Origin: Okamejei kenojei
Taxonomy: Eukaryota
Length of the DNA stretch: 64,000 nucleotides
NCBI GenBank assembly: GCA_035221665.1
Contig: CM069167.1
Location: 14,198,001 to 14,262,000 of the forward strand
Direction: 5' to 3'
Shown here: positions 1 through 38,900 of the stretch, one piece after another
Numbering within the stretch: the first letter of the stretch is position 1
Layout: each line of letters opens with the position of its first letter
The notes under the pieces: model-generated
Databases searched by the model: none
What the model was told of the DNA's origin: nothing
The model's input: only the letters and a program-made list of their open reading frames with translations
Position numbers and translations under genes: made by a program

Positions 1-124
1 CTGAGTATGGCGTGGATGGGAAAAATGTGAGTTAGAATATGTAAAGATTTAAGCGCTAGCGCGTAGCGTTTTGAAGAAGATACAAAACATACACGCACAC
101 AAGGTGATACTTTTAGTTAATAGA
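1..124 (-). mobile_element. Helitron 5' end (element continues beyond the window start)
   Basis: Reverse strand reads A|TCTATTAACTAAAAGT, like the 33780 terminus. Confidence 0.55.
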
Positions 125-187
125 TGGATGTATGTGCAGTTTTTAGTCTGGCAAAAGTAGTGATGGCATTTGCTACCACTTTGGTAG

Positions 188-870
188 CAAAAACAGGAAG
201 GCAGATTACTATCTAAATGGTGTCAAGTTGGGAAAAGGGGAAGTACAACGGGATCTGGGGGTCCTTGTTCATCAGTCAATGAAAGTAAGCATGCAGGTAC
301 AGCAGGCAGTGAAGAAAACGAATGGCACGTTGGCCTTCATAACAAGAGGAGTATAGGAGCAATGAGGTCCTTCTACAGTTGTATAGGCCCTAGTGAGACT
401 ACACCTGGAGTATTGTGTGCAGTTTTGGTCCCCTAATTTGAGGAAGGACATTCTTGTTATTGAGGGAGTGAAGCGTAGATTTACAAGGTTAATTCCCGGG
501 ATGGCAGGACTGTCATATGCTGAGAGAATGGAGCGGCTGGACTTATATACTCTGGAGTTCAAAAGGATGTCGGGATCTTATTGAAACGTATAAGATTATT
601 AAGGGTTTGGACACGCTAGAGGCAGGAAACATGTTCCCAATGTTGTGGTTGTCCAGAACCAGGGGCCACTGTTTAAGAATAAGGGGTAAGCCATTCAGAA
701 CGGAGATGAGGAAACACTTATTCTTACGAAGAGTTGTGAGTCTGTGCCGGTTCTCTGGATACTTTCAAGTGAGAGTTAGATAGGGCTCTTAATGATAGTG
801 GAGTCAGGGGTTATGGGAAGAAGGCAGGAATGAGGTACTGATTGGGGATGATCAGCCATGATCACATTCA
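188..870 (+). mobile_element. CR1 (HER1-like) LINE 3' fragment
   Basis: [32 protein letters not shown] motifs; frameshifted. Confidence 0.85.
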
Positions 871-2212
871 ATGGCGGTGCTGGCTGGAAGGGCTGACTGA
901 CCAACTCCTGCACCTATTGTCTATTGACAGCTATCATGTTTTGCCTTTGAACTTTGAACATGAACGTTTTTCATGTTCCAGTATTTGCGCTGTTTCTCTA
1001 AAGTCTAAAGTGTGGTTCGGGTAGATCAGAAGTACTCAAAACAGGTCCATCCAAGTATTTAGTATCCCAAAAATAAATCTAAATAAATCTCAATCATTTT
1101 CAATGGGGACAATTAAAACTAGGTCCACTTTGGGTAATGAAAAGCTTCCTATTGGGGAGGGGTGCTGTGAAGTACACATCTTTGAACTAAACCTAAGTGG
1201 CATGTAATATGTCAGATTTCCAGGGTTTCTTTTTCATTTTTTTGATTTTAATTTCCTTCCCTCTGTACCTGGATCTGGTGTTCTAACTTTCTCCCATATT
1301 TAAAGATTTGCATTTTCTCCAGATACCCGGGCTCTGAAAGTTTTGGTTGGTTTATTATTGTCATGTGTACCAAGATGCAATAACAAAGTTTTGCATGCTA
1401 TTTAATTATTTCATATAATCATAAATCCATAAGTGATAGGAGTAGAATTAGACATTCCGCCCATCAAGTCTACTCTGCCATTCAATCATGGCTAATCTAT
1501 CTCTCCTTCCTATAATGAGTACAGTCAAGCCATACATATGTGGAAGAGGTAGTGCCAAGAGAAAAATACTAGACTACAGAATATAGGTGTCACAGCATTA
1601 TAGTGTTCCAGTTACAGAGATAGTTCAGATATATAAAAATATCCAAGAGCTGCAATGAGGTTGTTTGGAAGATCAGTATTACATGCCACTTTAGAGGAGG
1701 ACCATTCAGAAGACTGATAGTGTTTTATTCTCAGTTTGAACAATTACATTCTTATTTGCTGCAGCACAACAGCACAACTATGAAAACATAGTACTCTGTA
1801 AATAATAAAGGAGAAAATGTGCAGTGTGTGTATATACATATACACATACATATTTATATAATTGCTATATCTACATCATTGTTCTATCTGGGACATGTGA
1901 CAATAAAACACACTTGACTTTTCCTCCAGTACCCGGGCTCTACAATTTGGTCGCTATTTATTACTAGTGACTAGTGAAAGATAGAGTAGATGTGGAGAGG
2001 ATGTTTCTACTAGTGGGAGAGTCTAGGATTAGAGATCACGGCCTCAGAATTAGAGGACATTCCTTCAGGAAGGAGATGAGAAGGAATTTCTTCAGTCAGA
2101 GGGTGGTGGATTCCTTCTCTCCAGAGATGCTGCCTGTCCTGCTGAGTTACTCCTGCATTTTGTGTCTACCTTCGATTTAAACCAACTTCTGCAGTTCCTT
2201 CCTGCCCATTTA

Positions 2213-2445
2213 NNNNNNNNNNNNNNNNNNNNNNNNNNNNNNNNNNNNNNNNNNNNNNNNNNNNNNNNNNNNNNNNNNNNNNNNNNNNNNNNNNNNNNNN
2301 NNNNNNNNNNNNNNNNNNNNNNNNNNNNNNNNNNNNNNNNNNNNNNNNNNNNNNNNNNNNNNNNNNNNNNNNNNNNNNNNNNNNNNNNNNNNNNNNNNNN
2401 NNNNNNNNNNNNNNNNNNNNNNNNNNNNNNNNNNNNNNNNNNNNN
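2213..2445. other. Assembly gap (N run) directly upstream of the DDX17 promoter
   Basis: 233 N bases. Confidence 1.
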
Positions 2446-2800
2446 TTGCTTATTAAATGTTTTACAGAGTATTATGTTTGCACATTGTGCTGCAAGTAGG
2501 AATTTAATTGTTCAGTCTGGGACATTTGACAATAAAACATGACCTCCCCCCCAGTACCGGGCCCCCCGGCTTCTGCCCCCGCCGGCAGTACCCGGGCCCC
2601 CCGGCCTCTGCCCCTCCCCCCCGGCGCGCTGTGATTGGCGGGGCGGCGGCGGGCGGGCGGGCCCGGGGTGACGTCACTGTTGCCGGGTGGAGCAGGGCAG
2701 AGCCATCCAGCGAGCGACCGACGGGAGAGACGAGACGAGAGCTGCGCCTTCATTGTCTGTCCCCCTCAGCCCCAGGACACACACGAACCCACAAACCAAC

Positions 2801-28039
<25,239 letters not shown>

Positions 28040-31005
28040 ACTTGCTTTTCTAAAATTGACCTTTGTTCCCCTGTTTATAAAGATCTAGGCATCAATTCCA
28101 TTTTCTACTGAACAGTAAAACTTTAAAAATAGGATAATTATATAGTTGCATCCACTTTAACTTTGTTAGACTAACAAACCTTTGTTGGACTAGCAAACCT
28201 TGTGACACTGATCCACCCGTCAGAAGTTTCCCCGAAGTCCACCGTAATCTTACAGATAATGTGGTCCGCAAATCATGGTACAGCGTCAGCCTGCTGCCCA
28301 CTCTGTGAATTGGTGATGGATCAGTGGATGGCTGCTTGACCCCTCTGAGCCTAGTGAGTGAACAAGCTCCTCGGTGCTCTGGGTTCAACCATGCTCCAGG
28401 ATTTTTTTTTAAACCATCTTATTTTTTTAAAAAAAAGGTAGGTTTTGTCTCTCTTCATAAGGCATAATTTTATCAGCATGTTTAATTATTCCTGTTATTC
28501 AGACAAGCGTGAGGTTCAGACTTAGCCCTTATTCTCATTGTGACAACATAAATTTCAAATGAAAATAAGATTATTGTTCTAATGTGACAAGAAAAAACAT
28601 AATATTTTTCCGTTTTTGCATAATCCATTAAGATTTTCAGGGTGCCACTTTCATTTTGAGTCTCTTGCATTGGAAATAGTTAATTATATTTACATTCTAT
28701 AATATCTTGTCACGTGTGGAAAAACTAAAATTGACAAAAACATACTTGGGGTTCAATATTTGTAAATTTTACAAAGCATTAACATCAGGAGTAATGGCAC
28801 CTAGGCTGTAAAATTGTCCAAATGTGTTGGGGTAGGGAAAGCTAGAAGTCAGGGGGAGATAGTGTGGACCTGAAGATTATCACTCCTAGTTTGATTTAAT
28901 TGAAATAAGAAATGATGCTGTCAGTTAATGCCAGGTAGATGCCCAATCTGGCTCCAGAGTATTCTCATGAGAAGTTTGCCATTTGTGTTGTACAATAGCA
29001 GGCAATGGAGAAATGGAAATAGCAACTCAATAAAAATAATCAAAATAAGATTCCAAAAGGCGACAATTAACTGCCTCTCCACCCTCCCACAGTCCCCAAA
29101 CAACCCTGCCTGTTGTCTGAATAAACTCAAAGAAAGGTGGGTTATTTCAGGTATCAAGACCGAAGGTGAGCTAACACCTGTAGGGTGAAAAGATAGCATT
29201 TTATGCCGGTGATCTAGGTTATTCTTAGTTTTCTTTATTAAGTAAATAACTATGTTGTATTAATATTCCATCGTGGAAGCAGAGAGGTCTCAGGTTCTAT
29301 TAGATTCTAAATTAATTTCCAATTGCTTTAAATTATTGATGACTGAAAATACTGGAACTGTTACTCAATAAGCCGGCTATGGTCCCCAGCCTGTTACTCT
29401 CGCTCCATTACCCAAGAACGGGTTTGCTTGAGAGCAATCCTTCGTCAGGTACTAAGGCTAACAAATATGTTGCAGAATTGGGATCAATCTGATCATTCAG
29501 ACCAGCATTTTTTGAGTAATTTCCCATATTTACTAGTGGTTTGTTCCTGTTGCATTAATGTTCAAGTTTTTTTGACCATTTTTTTTTTCTCTTGTATAAT
29601 TGGCCAGTTTTTAGTTATGTTGCTAGCCATTCATCCTACTGAGATTTTTTCCCCCCAAATGTTTGAATGCTGGATGTTCCGTTAAAGGTAGGTGTTCATT
29701 TAAAGCTCATTTAAAATCCATTCACTTTTTTGAGGCATTATAATGAAGATATTGTGGCTGATTTTAATTTCTAAATAATCTTTTGAAAGTTCTAATAGAA
29801 GTAGGGTTAAGATTGTATGGCAAAGCTTCAGAACTACTTTCCTAGTGTCCATCATAGGTCCAAATTCACTATCGCCATTAGTAAATCATAATAAAACGAT
29901 GCAATGAAATTTGATCTGGAAAACGGAAATGTAATACTCTGGGCTATAATATTACGTTCTGTAGCCATGTTGCAAAATGATAACTTACTGTCTCGTGTGC
30001 GCATTACTCTGCTTTCAGTTAGTAGCATCATTCCTGCAAATGACTTGAATGCTGCATTTTGATTGCTGTGAAGCTGGTTTTCATGTATGTAAATGTGTTG
30101 ATACAATTGTTAGCATATCTACCAATGTGGCTGCCTGAAGGGCGAGGTGGGTTCAGTTCCTGAAATGCCTATTGGAGACATCAGCCGATTACCACACGGA
30201 GATATTATAGCTTTGCAAAATTTAATTTTGATACTGGCTGCTGCAGCATCATCCCTTTTACCTGTGCTCACCCTGTAGGCATTTTGAAGCTATGTCTTCA
30301 GGCAGCTAGGCTCGAGTCTATTCTCCCTCAAGTAGATTGCCGGCGCAACTGCCCGTTGTTCAAAGCAAATGGTGGGTCACACGGTGAGTTGTTTCCATCC
30401 CCCACATCCCTTATTGCTGCTGCACCTTCCAAGCAAGCTGTGAGCACACCTTCTCATAACACCAGCATCTTTGAATTCTGGTAATGAGTTCCACATTATT
30501 TTGCTCATTCTGGATGTTACAGTGTGCAATTTTGTTGCAGCCTGTAGAATTTGACATGAGTATGATTATGCCAAGTCGTCCCATTCATAATCATTTTGTC
30601 ACTTGTTGAATGACTTTATCAATTGGTAACATTATACTCAGTAGAATATAGAGCCCAGGGACTGGGGCAGTAGGTTCTGGGGGTAATAGGAACTATTCAC
30701 CTTCTGTATTCTGATGAGGTCTCCACCCCACCCCCTAAAATGCAGGATTTAAGGTGCCACAAATGACGTTGATGTTATTGACAATTTGCTCTGAGTTATT
30801 GAAACCAACAGTTTAAAATTACTCTCTGGGATTTGATGACGCCCAACCTATGACTGTTGTTAAACTCTAGGAATCCTGCAGCTGGTGAAGCATCTCGGCA
30901 ATTTAGGCAAGCAATGTTTCACCTTGTGAAGTTGTACCCTGTGTCAGTCTTATTAATGTGCTATTTTGATACTGTACTGGTTTTCCTGTATTTTGCAATT
31001 CCAGT

Positions 31006-31011
31006 AATAAA
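31006..31011 (+). terminator. Probable distal DDX17 polyadenylation signal (AATAAA), implying a ~3 kb 3' UTR
   Basis: AATAAA preceded by TGTA/U-rich elements and followed by T-rich sequence, at the end of a repeat-free stretch. Confidence 0.55.
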
Positions 31012-32888
31012 GAGATTTACCAAAGGAATGGCTGCTTTTTCTTGTAATTTCTCTCCCAGTTTCCAACTAGGCAAACGCATCTATATATCAACACACTTTG
31101 GGGTTCAAAGTAAATAGTGCATTGAGCAAAAAATATTAATCCACACAGAAATGTTGTGCCTAAAATGTATGTATCCCCTCATGATAATCCCACATTACCC
31201 TTCCCCTTAATCCGTTTATTAACTTCCATGCCGCCACTCCTTCCCTTTGCTTTAGTCTCTGCTACCACTGTTAGTTTGAATTTTGCAGAGGGATAAAAAA
31301 CTTGACAGAAACATTTCAGGCAGTTAAAATGATGGTTGTATTAATGCTTTTACAAAGTAATATTACACATTCAAAGTATTAAGCACTTGACAGACGAGGC
31401 AGAGAGATGTCTGGGTTCTGCTCTGATACTAGCTATAGCTTCACTTGAACCATGTAAACGTCATGTCATAAACCTGACTCCAGCCATGGCTGTGTTCATC
31501 ACAAACCAGGCAACGCCCATGCGGAGGGTGGTCCTGTCCTGTACCCCAGGAATAGTGTCTTCTGCCTTGGTGGTGAGTGGCACTGATGAATACTTTAAAC
31601 TAAAACATAATTGGTAAATGTGATCTAGGCAAATTGCTTCTTGGGTTGAGATTTGAGTGAGCATGCTGCTCATAAGGTAGACACAAAATGCTGGAGTAAT
31701 TCAGCGGGACAGGCAGAATCTCTGGAGAGAAGGAATGGGTGACGTTTTGGGTCGAGACCTTTCAGACTTGTGTCTACCTTTGATTTAAACCAGCATCTAC
31801 AGTTCTTTCCTACACATGCTGATCATAAGAATGTGCACTGTACAATGTGGAATAAATTAAGCCATTCAAAACACAAGACGATGGTCAATTTCATGTTAAA
31901 GACTAGTTCGGTGTTTAGAGATACAGCGCAGAAACAAGCCCTTCGGCCACTGAGTCGGCGCCGACCAACGATCCCTGCATATTAATACTCGACGCACACT
32001 AGGGACAATTTTACATTTATACAAAGCCAGTTAACCTACAAACCTGTACGTCTTTGGAGTGTGGGAGGAAACCGAAGATCTCGGGGAAAACCCACGCAGA
32101 TAGAGGGGGGAACGTTCAAACTCCATACAGACAGCACCTGTGGTCGGGATCAAACCCGGGTCTGGCACTGTAAGGCAGCAACTACCGCTGCTCCACCATA
32201 TCGCCCTGGTTGATTGGAATAAAACATTCCTCCTCTTTGCAGAGATCTTTGTTCTGTGTAAATAATCCAATTACTCCATCCTCTTACATGAGGTGTAATT
32301 CAGATGTTTAAAATGCTCATTTCCCCTTTGGCTATTTTTGCTAAGTTGGCATGTGGGAGTGTGCTGTGTAACTAAGTAACTAGTAAAAATTATGCTCTCT
32401 TTAATATAAATGGCCTGTGCTTAGACACAAAACCCACCGCAAGAGATTTCAAGGGTCACACAGATGGAAGGGAAATTTGACCATTCTACGTAAAGATTTG
32501 CAATTGTCAGGTAGGAAGAACTCAGATTCAAATGACAGCAATGATAGGAAAGTAAGGGGCTTCAGTAAGAGACAAGAGTGACATGTTTGTAGATTAAGTT
32601 GAAGATGGATACAAAATGCTGGAGTAACTCAGCGGGACAGGCAGCATCTCCGGAGAGAAGGAATGGGGGACGTTTCGGGTCGAGACCCTTCAGACTAGAT
32701 TAAGCTCACAGGTTGACAGTTGTACTATTTACATGGTTGAAGATTAATGCCATTATGAGCACCCATACACTCTTGTTGCCATCTCTGCTCATGATATTTA
32801 AACTCCATTTCATTGAAAGCCATTTCCCATCTTCCACTTGTACATGTGCACTGTGGTGTGTCACTGGCATTGGTAAATGATGCTGGCC

Positions 32889-32929
32889 TCAGACAGGTAA
32901 GGGAAGACCCAGGTTCTTTCCTTTCAGCA
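32889..32929 (-). CDS. KDELR3: KDELR3 exon 5 (coding part)
   Basis: ttttcag|TG CTG AAA GGA AAG AAC CTG GGT CTT CCC TTA CCT GTC TGA. Confidence 0.92.
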
Positions 32930-35900
32930 CTGAAAAATATTGGGGGGGGGGGAAATATCAGTAAGAAACTCGATCAGAATATCAAAGCACAAACTATACA
33001 ACCAGATTAATAAATGCAGAGATATTTGCACACGTCCAATGTTCTCACATCATTTGGCAGTTAATCAAACTGCTTCATCCAAGCCACTGGAACAAAATAC
33101 TGCAAAGTAACAATTCTTCAACTTTGCAGATAAGTTGATCATCTTTATTCTAAACGATGGAAGTTAAAATATCCCATTAAAGTCTCAGCTGCTATAATGG
33201 AACTTTGCCCAACTTGCAGGAGTCTTAAATCTTGCTGCTTCTCTCCATTGTGTGCTTTGGAACTATTTAATCTTTAATCATCACGACTACTGCACCTACA
33301 TCCCTCCGCTAATCTCACTGCCAACAAAGTCGTGGGAATGTACGTGTAAAATACCACAGTTTGAAGATTGAATTGGAAAGGCTGGCTAGTTCGTAGATGC
33401 CACAGCTGCCAACAACGTTCCTTTAATGAAAACACAGATCCTGCTCTCATTGATTAGTACTGGTGTCAGGTGGGTATGGGGAGAAGGCAGGAGAATGGGG
33501 AGAGATAGATCAGCCATGATTGAATGGCAGAGTAGACTTGATGGGCCAAATGGTCTAATTCTTCTATCACTTATGACCTTATACCTTGCTCTACATTTTT
33601 TTGCTCCCTTTTAATATTTTTTTACAAACCCACTTCTTACATTTTAAAACACCACCTCAAGGTTATATGAACCATGTGAACATTGCAAGGGGCAGCACCA
33701 GTCACCCCTGCACTAAATTTTACATTTATACAATTTAACTGGGGACATTCAGGAAAAGAGGGGTTCTTATAGAAACACATCTATATAATTAAAAGTCTCA
33801 TTGTGACCACTTCCTGTCTGCTGTATATTGATTTTAGAAAAAACGCTACCCTGTATCGCTGTGATTTTTGGCCATCTTACTCACAGTCCTCCACTGAGCC
33901 AGCCCCGAGGATTTTTCCCATCGATGAAAAATAAAAAAGTTATGAGTGTTTAAAAAACCTTCAGATCAGCTGATTGGTCCTCTCACCTGTCAATCACCGC
34001 AATGAAGGTAATGCCCCTTCGGGGGGGCAGGACTATAAAACCCCGGATGCCGTGGCATGAGTCAGTCACTCTGCAAGATCGCGAAGGAGAGGCCACGACT
34101 CATTCTAAGCTGTGAATCAACTGAACCGTGAGTGTGCAATGTACTTGCAATAAACGATTTGTTAGCCCTTAATGACAATGCCATGAGTTATTTGGCCTGC
34201 TGCCCTGCCTGTGTTTGAAAGTGCAATGCTTGATTGGAAATGAATTGACAATGCCATGAGTTGTTTGGCCTACTGCCCTGCCTGTGCTTGAAACTGCAAT
34301 GCTTTATTAGGTCCGACTGCGTTTGGAAGGAATAAATGCTTTATTAGGTCTGACTGTGTTTAGTCCAAATGTCCCGCTCATTTCGTGACTTCCGCTTAGT
34401 GGACAGGTCACGCTGATTGCATAATTTACGGTGAGTGCAGAGGTCGCGCTGATTGCGGAAGCCCCACAATGGAGAGGTTCAACCGTTTGAGTAGATTCAA
34501 GAAAGTTTAGTGTCATATATATGGTGTGTATGTGTGTGTGTGAGTGTGCGCGAGTCTGTATGAGTATGTGTGTGTGAGTATGCGTGTGTGAGTGTGTGTG
34601 CATGTGTGAATGTATGTGTGAGAGTATGAGTGTGAGTGAGTGTATGTGTGTGTGTGAGTATGTGTATGTGTATTGGAATTGGTAGAGAGGTGGAATATTG
34701 CGTTGGGGGACCAACCCTCCCATATGAAGCTGGGACCCAACGGGTCCTACTTAACCATATAACCATATAACAATTACAGCACGGAAACAGGCCCTCTCGG
34801 CCCTTCCAGTCCAAGCCGACCATTTGTTTTCCCCTAGTCCCATCTACCTGCACTCAGACCATACCCCTCCATTCCTTTCCCGTCCATATACCTATCCACT
34901 TTATTTTTAAATGTAAAAATCGATCCTGCCTCCACCACTTCTGCTGGAAGCTCATTCCACACAGCCACCACCCTCAGAGTAAAGAAGTTCCCCCTCACGT
35001 TACCCCTAAACTTCCGTCCCTTAATTCGCATGTCATGCCCTCTTGTTTGAATCTTCCCTACCCTTAATGGGAAAAGCTTATCCACGTCAACTCTGTCTAT
35101 CCCTTTCATCATTTTAAAGACCTCAATCAAGTCCCCGTTAACCTAGTCTAGTAAAATTATAAAAGAACTAGGCAAGCTAGATGCAGGAAAAATGGTCCCA
35201 ATGTTGGGGGAGTCCACAACCAGGGGCCACAATCTAAGAATAAAGGGGAGGCCATTTAAAACTGAGATGAGAATAAACGTTTTCACACAAGAGTTGTAAT
35301 TTGTGGAATTCTTTGCCACAGGTGGCAGTGGAGGCCAATTCACTGGATGCATTTAAAAGTGAGTTAGAAAGAGCTCTTGGGGCTAACGGAATCAAGGGGT
35401 ATGGGGAGAAGGCACTAATTGTGGATGATCAGCCATGATCACAATGAATGATGGCGCTGGCTCGAAGGGTCGAATGGCCTCCTGCAGCTATTTCCTGTTA
35501 ATATCTGGAGGGGTAGACGTGCCTACCTTTAGTGATGTAGAGGTAGAAAAAGTCGCAGTAGAAGATGGTTTGCACAGCGCCAGACACCACTGCAATCTGA
35601 TCAAAGAACCCTTCCGTCTGGTAACGCCAGATCCAGTTGGCGAGATACAGAGCGCGGTACACTCCCAGAAAGAACAGGTAGTGAGTGGTGATCGTCTCCG
35701 CTGCACCAGTCTTGGTGATCATGAACAGTTGTGGCAGTATAGCAACCGATTCCAGGTAAATGGAAAATGTCCAAAATAGCTGAAAAATAAAAGACAAGAT
35801 GGAAAATATACACTTCTGCCTTTTATCCTGAAATAACCTCTCAACGGAGAGAATGTCAAGGAGAGTGTGAGGGTGAAGCAGCTGAAAGTAAATTCACCCA

Positions 35901-38900
35901 CATTACACAGAGTGAAGAGAAGCAGAAAGGATTAACAAGCCAAATGAATCCAGGGAGTATAAGCGAGAAGTCAGATGTAATGCTGAGGCTCCATAAGTGG
36001 TCAGGCCACATTTGCACTACAAGCAAATTTGGGCCCCAGATCTGAGGAAGGATGTGCTGGCTCTGGTGAGGGTCCAGAGCAGGTTTACAAGAATGATTCC
36101 AGGAATGAGTGGGTTAGCATATGATGAGCATTGGGCAGCACTGGGCCTCCACTCGCTGGAGTTTAGAAGGTTGAAGGGAGACCTCATTGAAACGTACAGA
36201 ATAATGAAAGGCATAAATAGAGTGGATGTGGAAAGGATGTTTCCACTGGTGGGAGAGTCTAGGACCAGAGGTCATAGCCTCAGAATTAAAGGGCGCTCTT
36301 TTAGAAAGAGGTGAGGAGGAACTTCTTTAATCATTGGGTAGTTAATCTGTGGACTCTATGCCACTGAGGGCTGTGGCAGCCAAGTCAGTGGATATTTATA
36401 AGGCAGAAATAGACAAATTATTGATTAGAACAGGTGTCAAGGATTATGGGGAGAAGGCAGGAAAATGGGATTAGGAGGCAGAGATCAGCCAAGATTGAAT
36501 GGCGGAGTAGACTCGATGGGCAGAATGGCCTAATTCTACTCCGATAACTTGTGCAGTCGTGTTCATAGGACTTTGGTAGGTTGCACTTGGAGAATTGCAT
36601 GCAGTTCTGATTCTCCCATCGCAGGAAGTATGGAGGCTTTGAGAAGATGCAAAAGGGAGTTTACCTTGATGTATTAGAGATGATAAACTAGAAGAGGAGG
36701 TTGGACAAATCTGGGTTGGTTTCAGTGGAATTTCAGAGGATGAGGGGAAATCTGATAGAGGAATATAAAATTATGAGAGACAAAAGTGGGTGGTTTTGCA
36801 GATAGTGAAGATGGTTGTGAACGATTGCAGCAAGATCTGAATCGATTGGCCAGGTGGGTGGAGGAATGGTTGATGGAATTTAATACCGAGAAGTGTGAGG
36901 TGTGCATTTTAGGACATCGAACAGTAAATGGTGGGCCTCTGGGTAGTGTTGCAGAGCAGAGGGATCTAGGAGTACAGGTGCATGGTTCCTTGAAGGTCAA
37001 GTCGCAGGTAGATAAGGTGGTCAAAATGGCGTTTGGCACTTTGGCCTTCATCAGTCAGAGTATTGAGTATAGAAGTTGGGAGGTCATGTTGCAGTTGTAT
37101 AAGATGCTGGTGAGCCGCATTCAGAATATTGTGTTCTGTTCTGGGCACCATGCTATAGGAAAGATATTGTCAAGCTTGAAAGGGTTCAGAAGAGATTTAT
37201 GAGGATGTTGCCAGGACTAGAGGGTGTGAGCTACAGGGAGAGGTTGAGTAGGCTGGGTCTCTAATCCATGGAGCGGAGGCAGATGAGGGGGGATCTTATA
37301 GGGGTGTACAAAATCATGAGAGGAATAGATCGGGTAGATGCACAGAGTCTTTTACCCAGAGTAGGGGAATCGAGGACCAGAGGACATGGGTTCAAGGTGA
37401 AGGAGAAAAGATTTAATAGGAATCCAAGGGGTAACGTCTTCACACAGAGGGTGGTGGGTGTATGGGACAAGCTGCCAGAGCCAAGAGTCAAGAGTCAAGA
37501 GAGTTTATTGTCATGTGTCCCTGACAGGACAATGAGATTTGTGCTTTGCTTGGGCACAACAGAACATAGTAGGCATGACCACAAAACAGATCAGTGTGTC
37601 CATATACCATTATATATATATAAATACACACATGAATAAATAAACTGATATTTGAGGTAGTTGAGGCTGGGACTATCCCATTGTTTAAGAAACAGTTAGA
37701 CGGGTACATGGATAGGACAGGTATGGAGGGATATGGACCAAACGCAGGCAGGTGGGACTAGTGCAGCTGGGACGGGTTGGCCAGTGGGGGCAAGTTGGGC
37801 CGAAGGGCCTGTTTGCACCTGTATCACTCTATGACTCTAGACTTAAATCTAGTTAATGAATGTGTCGTTTAATTCCACAGGTGCAGGAGTGCGTGATGAA
37901 CTGCTGGTTCGGTAACAATTGTGGCCATTGTTCCCCTTAGCTCCTTCCCAATGACTCTGTGCTCAAGGCCAGTAACATTTACTGCTGTGTACGCAGGAAC
38001 TGCAGATGCTGGTTTACGCTGAAGATAAGGCGCAAAGTGCTGGAGGAACTCAGCCGGACAGGCAGCATCTCTGGAGAGAAGGAATGGGTGTCCTTTCGGT
38101 TGGAGACCCTTCTGCACAACGAGAGTCAGGGGAGAGGAAAACTAGAGATATGGAGGGGTAAGGTGTGAAAATGACAGATCAAAGCAGATGATGCTGAAAG
38201 CAAATGTCGAATGGTTCATTTGGTGCTGCCAGGTTTACTCGAGTTAAGAATAGTCTGGATCGTATATTTTCTGTCTGCACCTCTCCAATCCACTGCTACA
38301 TAATTCTGTACAAAGTCTGACCTAATCCACGTGTCATCCCTGGTGCCAGGAACTATCCCACAAACTTCAAACTTAAGTTTGTTAGCAAAGTCAACTGGAA
38401 GAATTAAGGTATTCTGACTGTGAGCAAGGCTCCTGTTGTACACACAGTAATCCTTCAGTGCAAGGGTGACTGTGGGTTTGTAGGGAACCTTTGTGAATCG
38501 CAGGCAGTTAAGCAATGATTTCCCTGTCCTCTAGCCTTTTAGAAACATAGAAAATAGGTGCAGGAGTTTTCGGCCCTTAAAGCCACCACCGCCATTCAAT
38601 ATGGTCATGGCTGATCATCCACAATCAGTACCCCGTTCCTGCTTTCTCCCCATATCCCTTGATTCCGTTAACCCCAAGAGCTAAATCTAACTCCCTCTTG
38701 AAAACATCCAGCTATTGGCCTCCACTGCCTTCTGTGGCGGAGAATTCCACAGATTCACAACTCGCTGGGTGAAACATAGAATCATAGAAAATAGGTGCAG
38801 GAGTAGGCCATTCGGCCCTTCGAGCCTGCACCGCCATTCAATATGATCATGGCTGATCATCCAACTCAGTATCCTGTACCTGCCTTCCCTCCATACCCCC

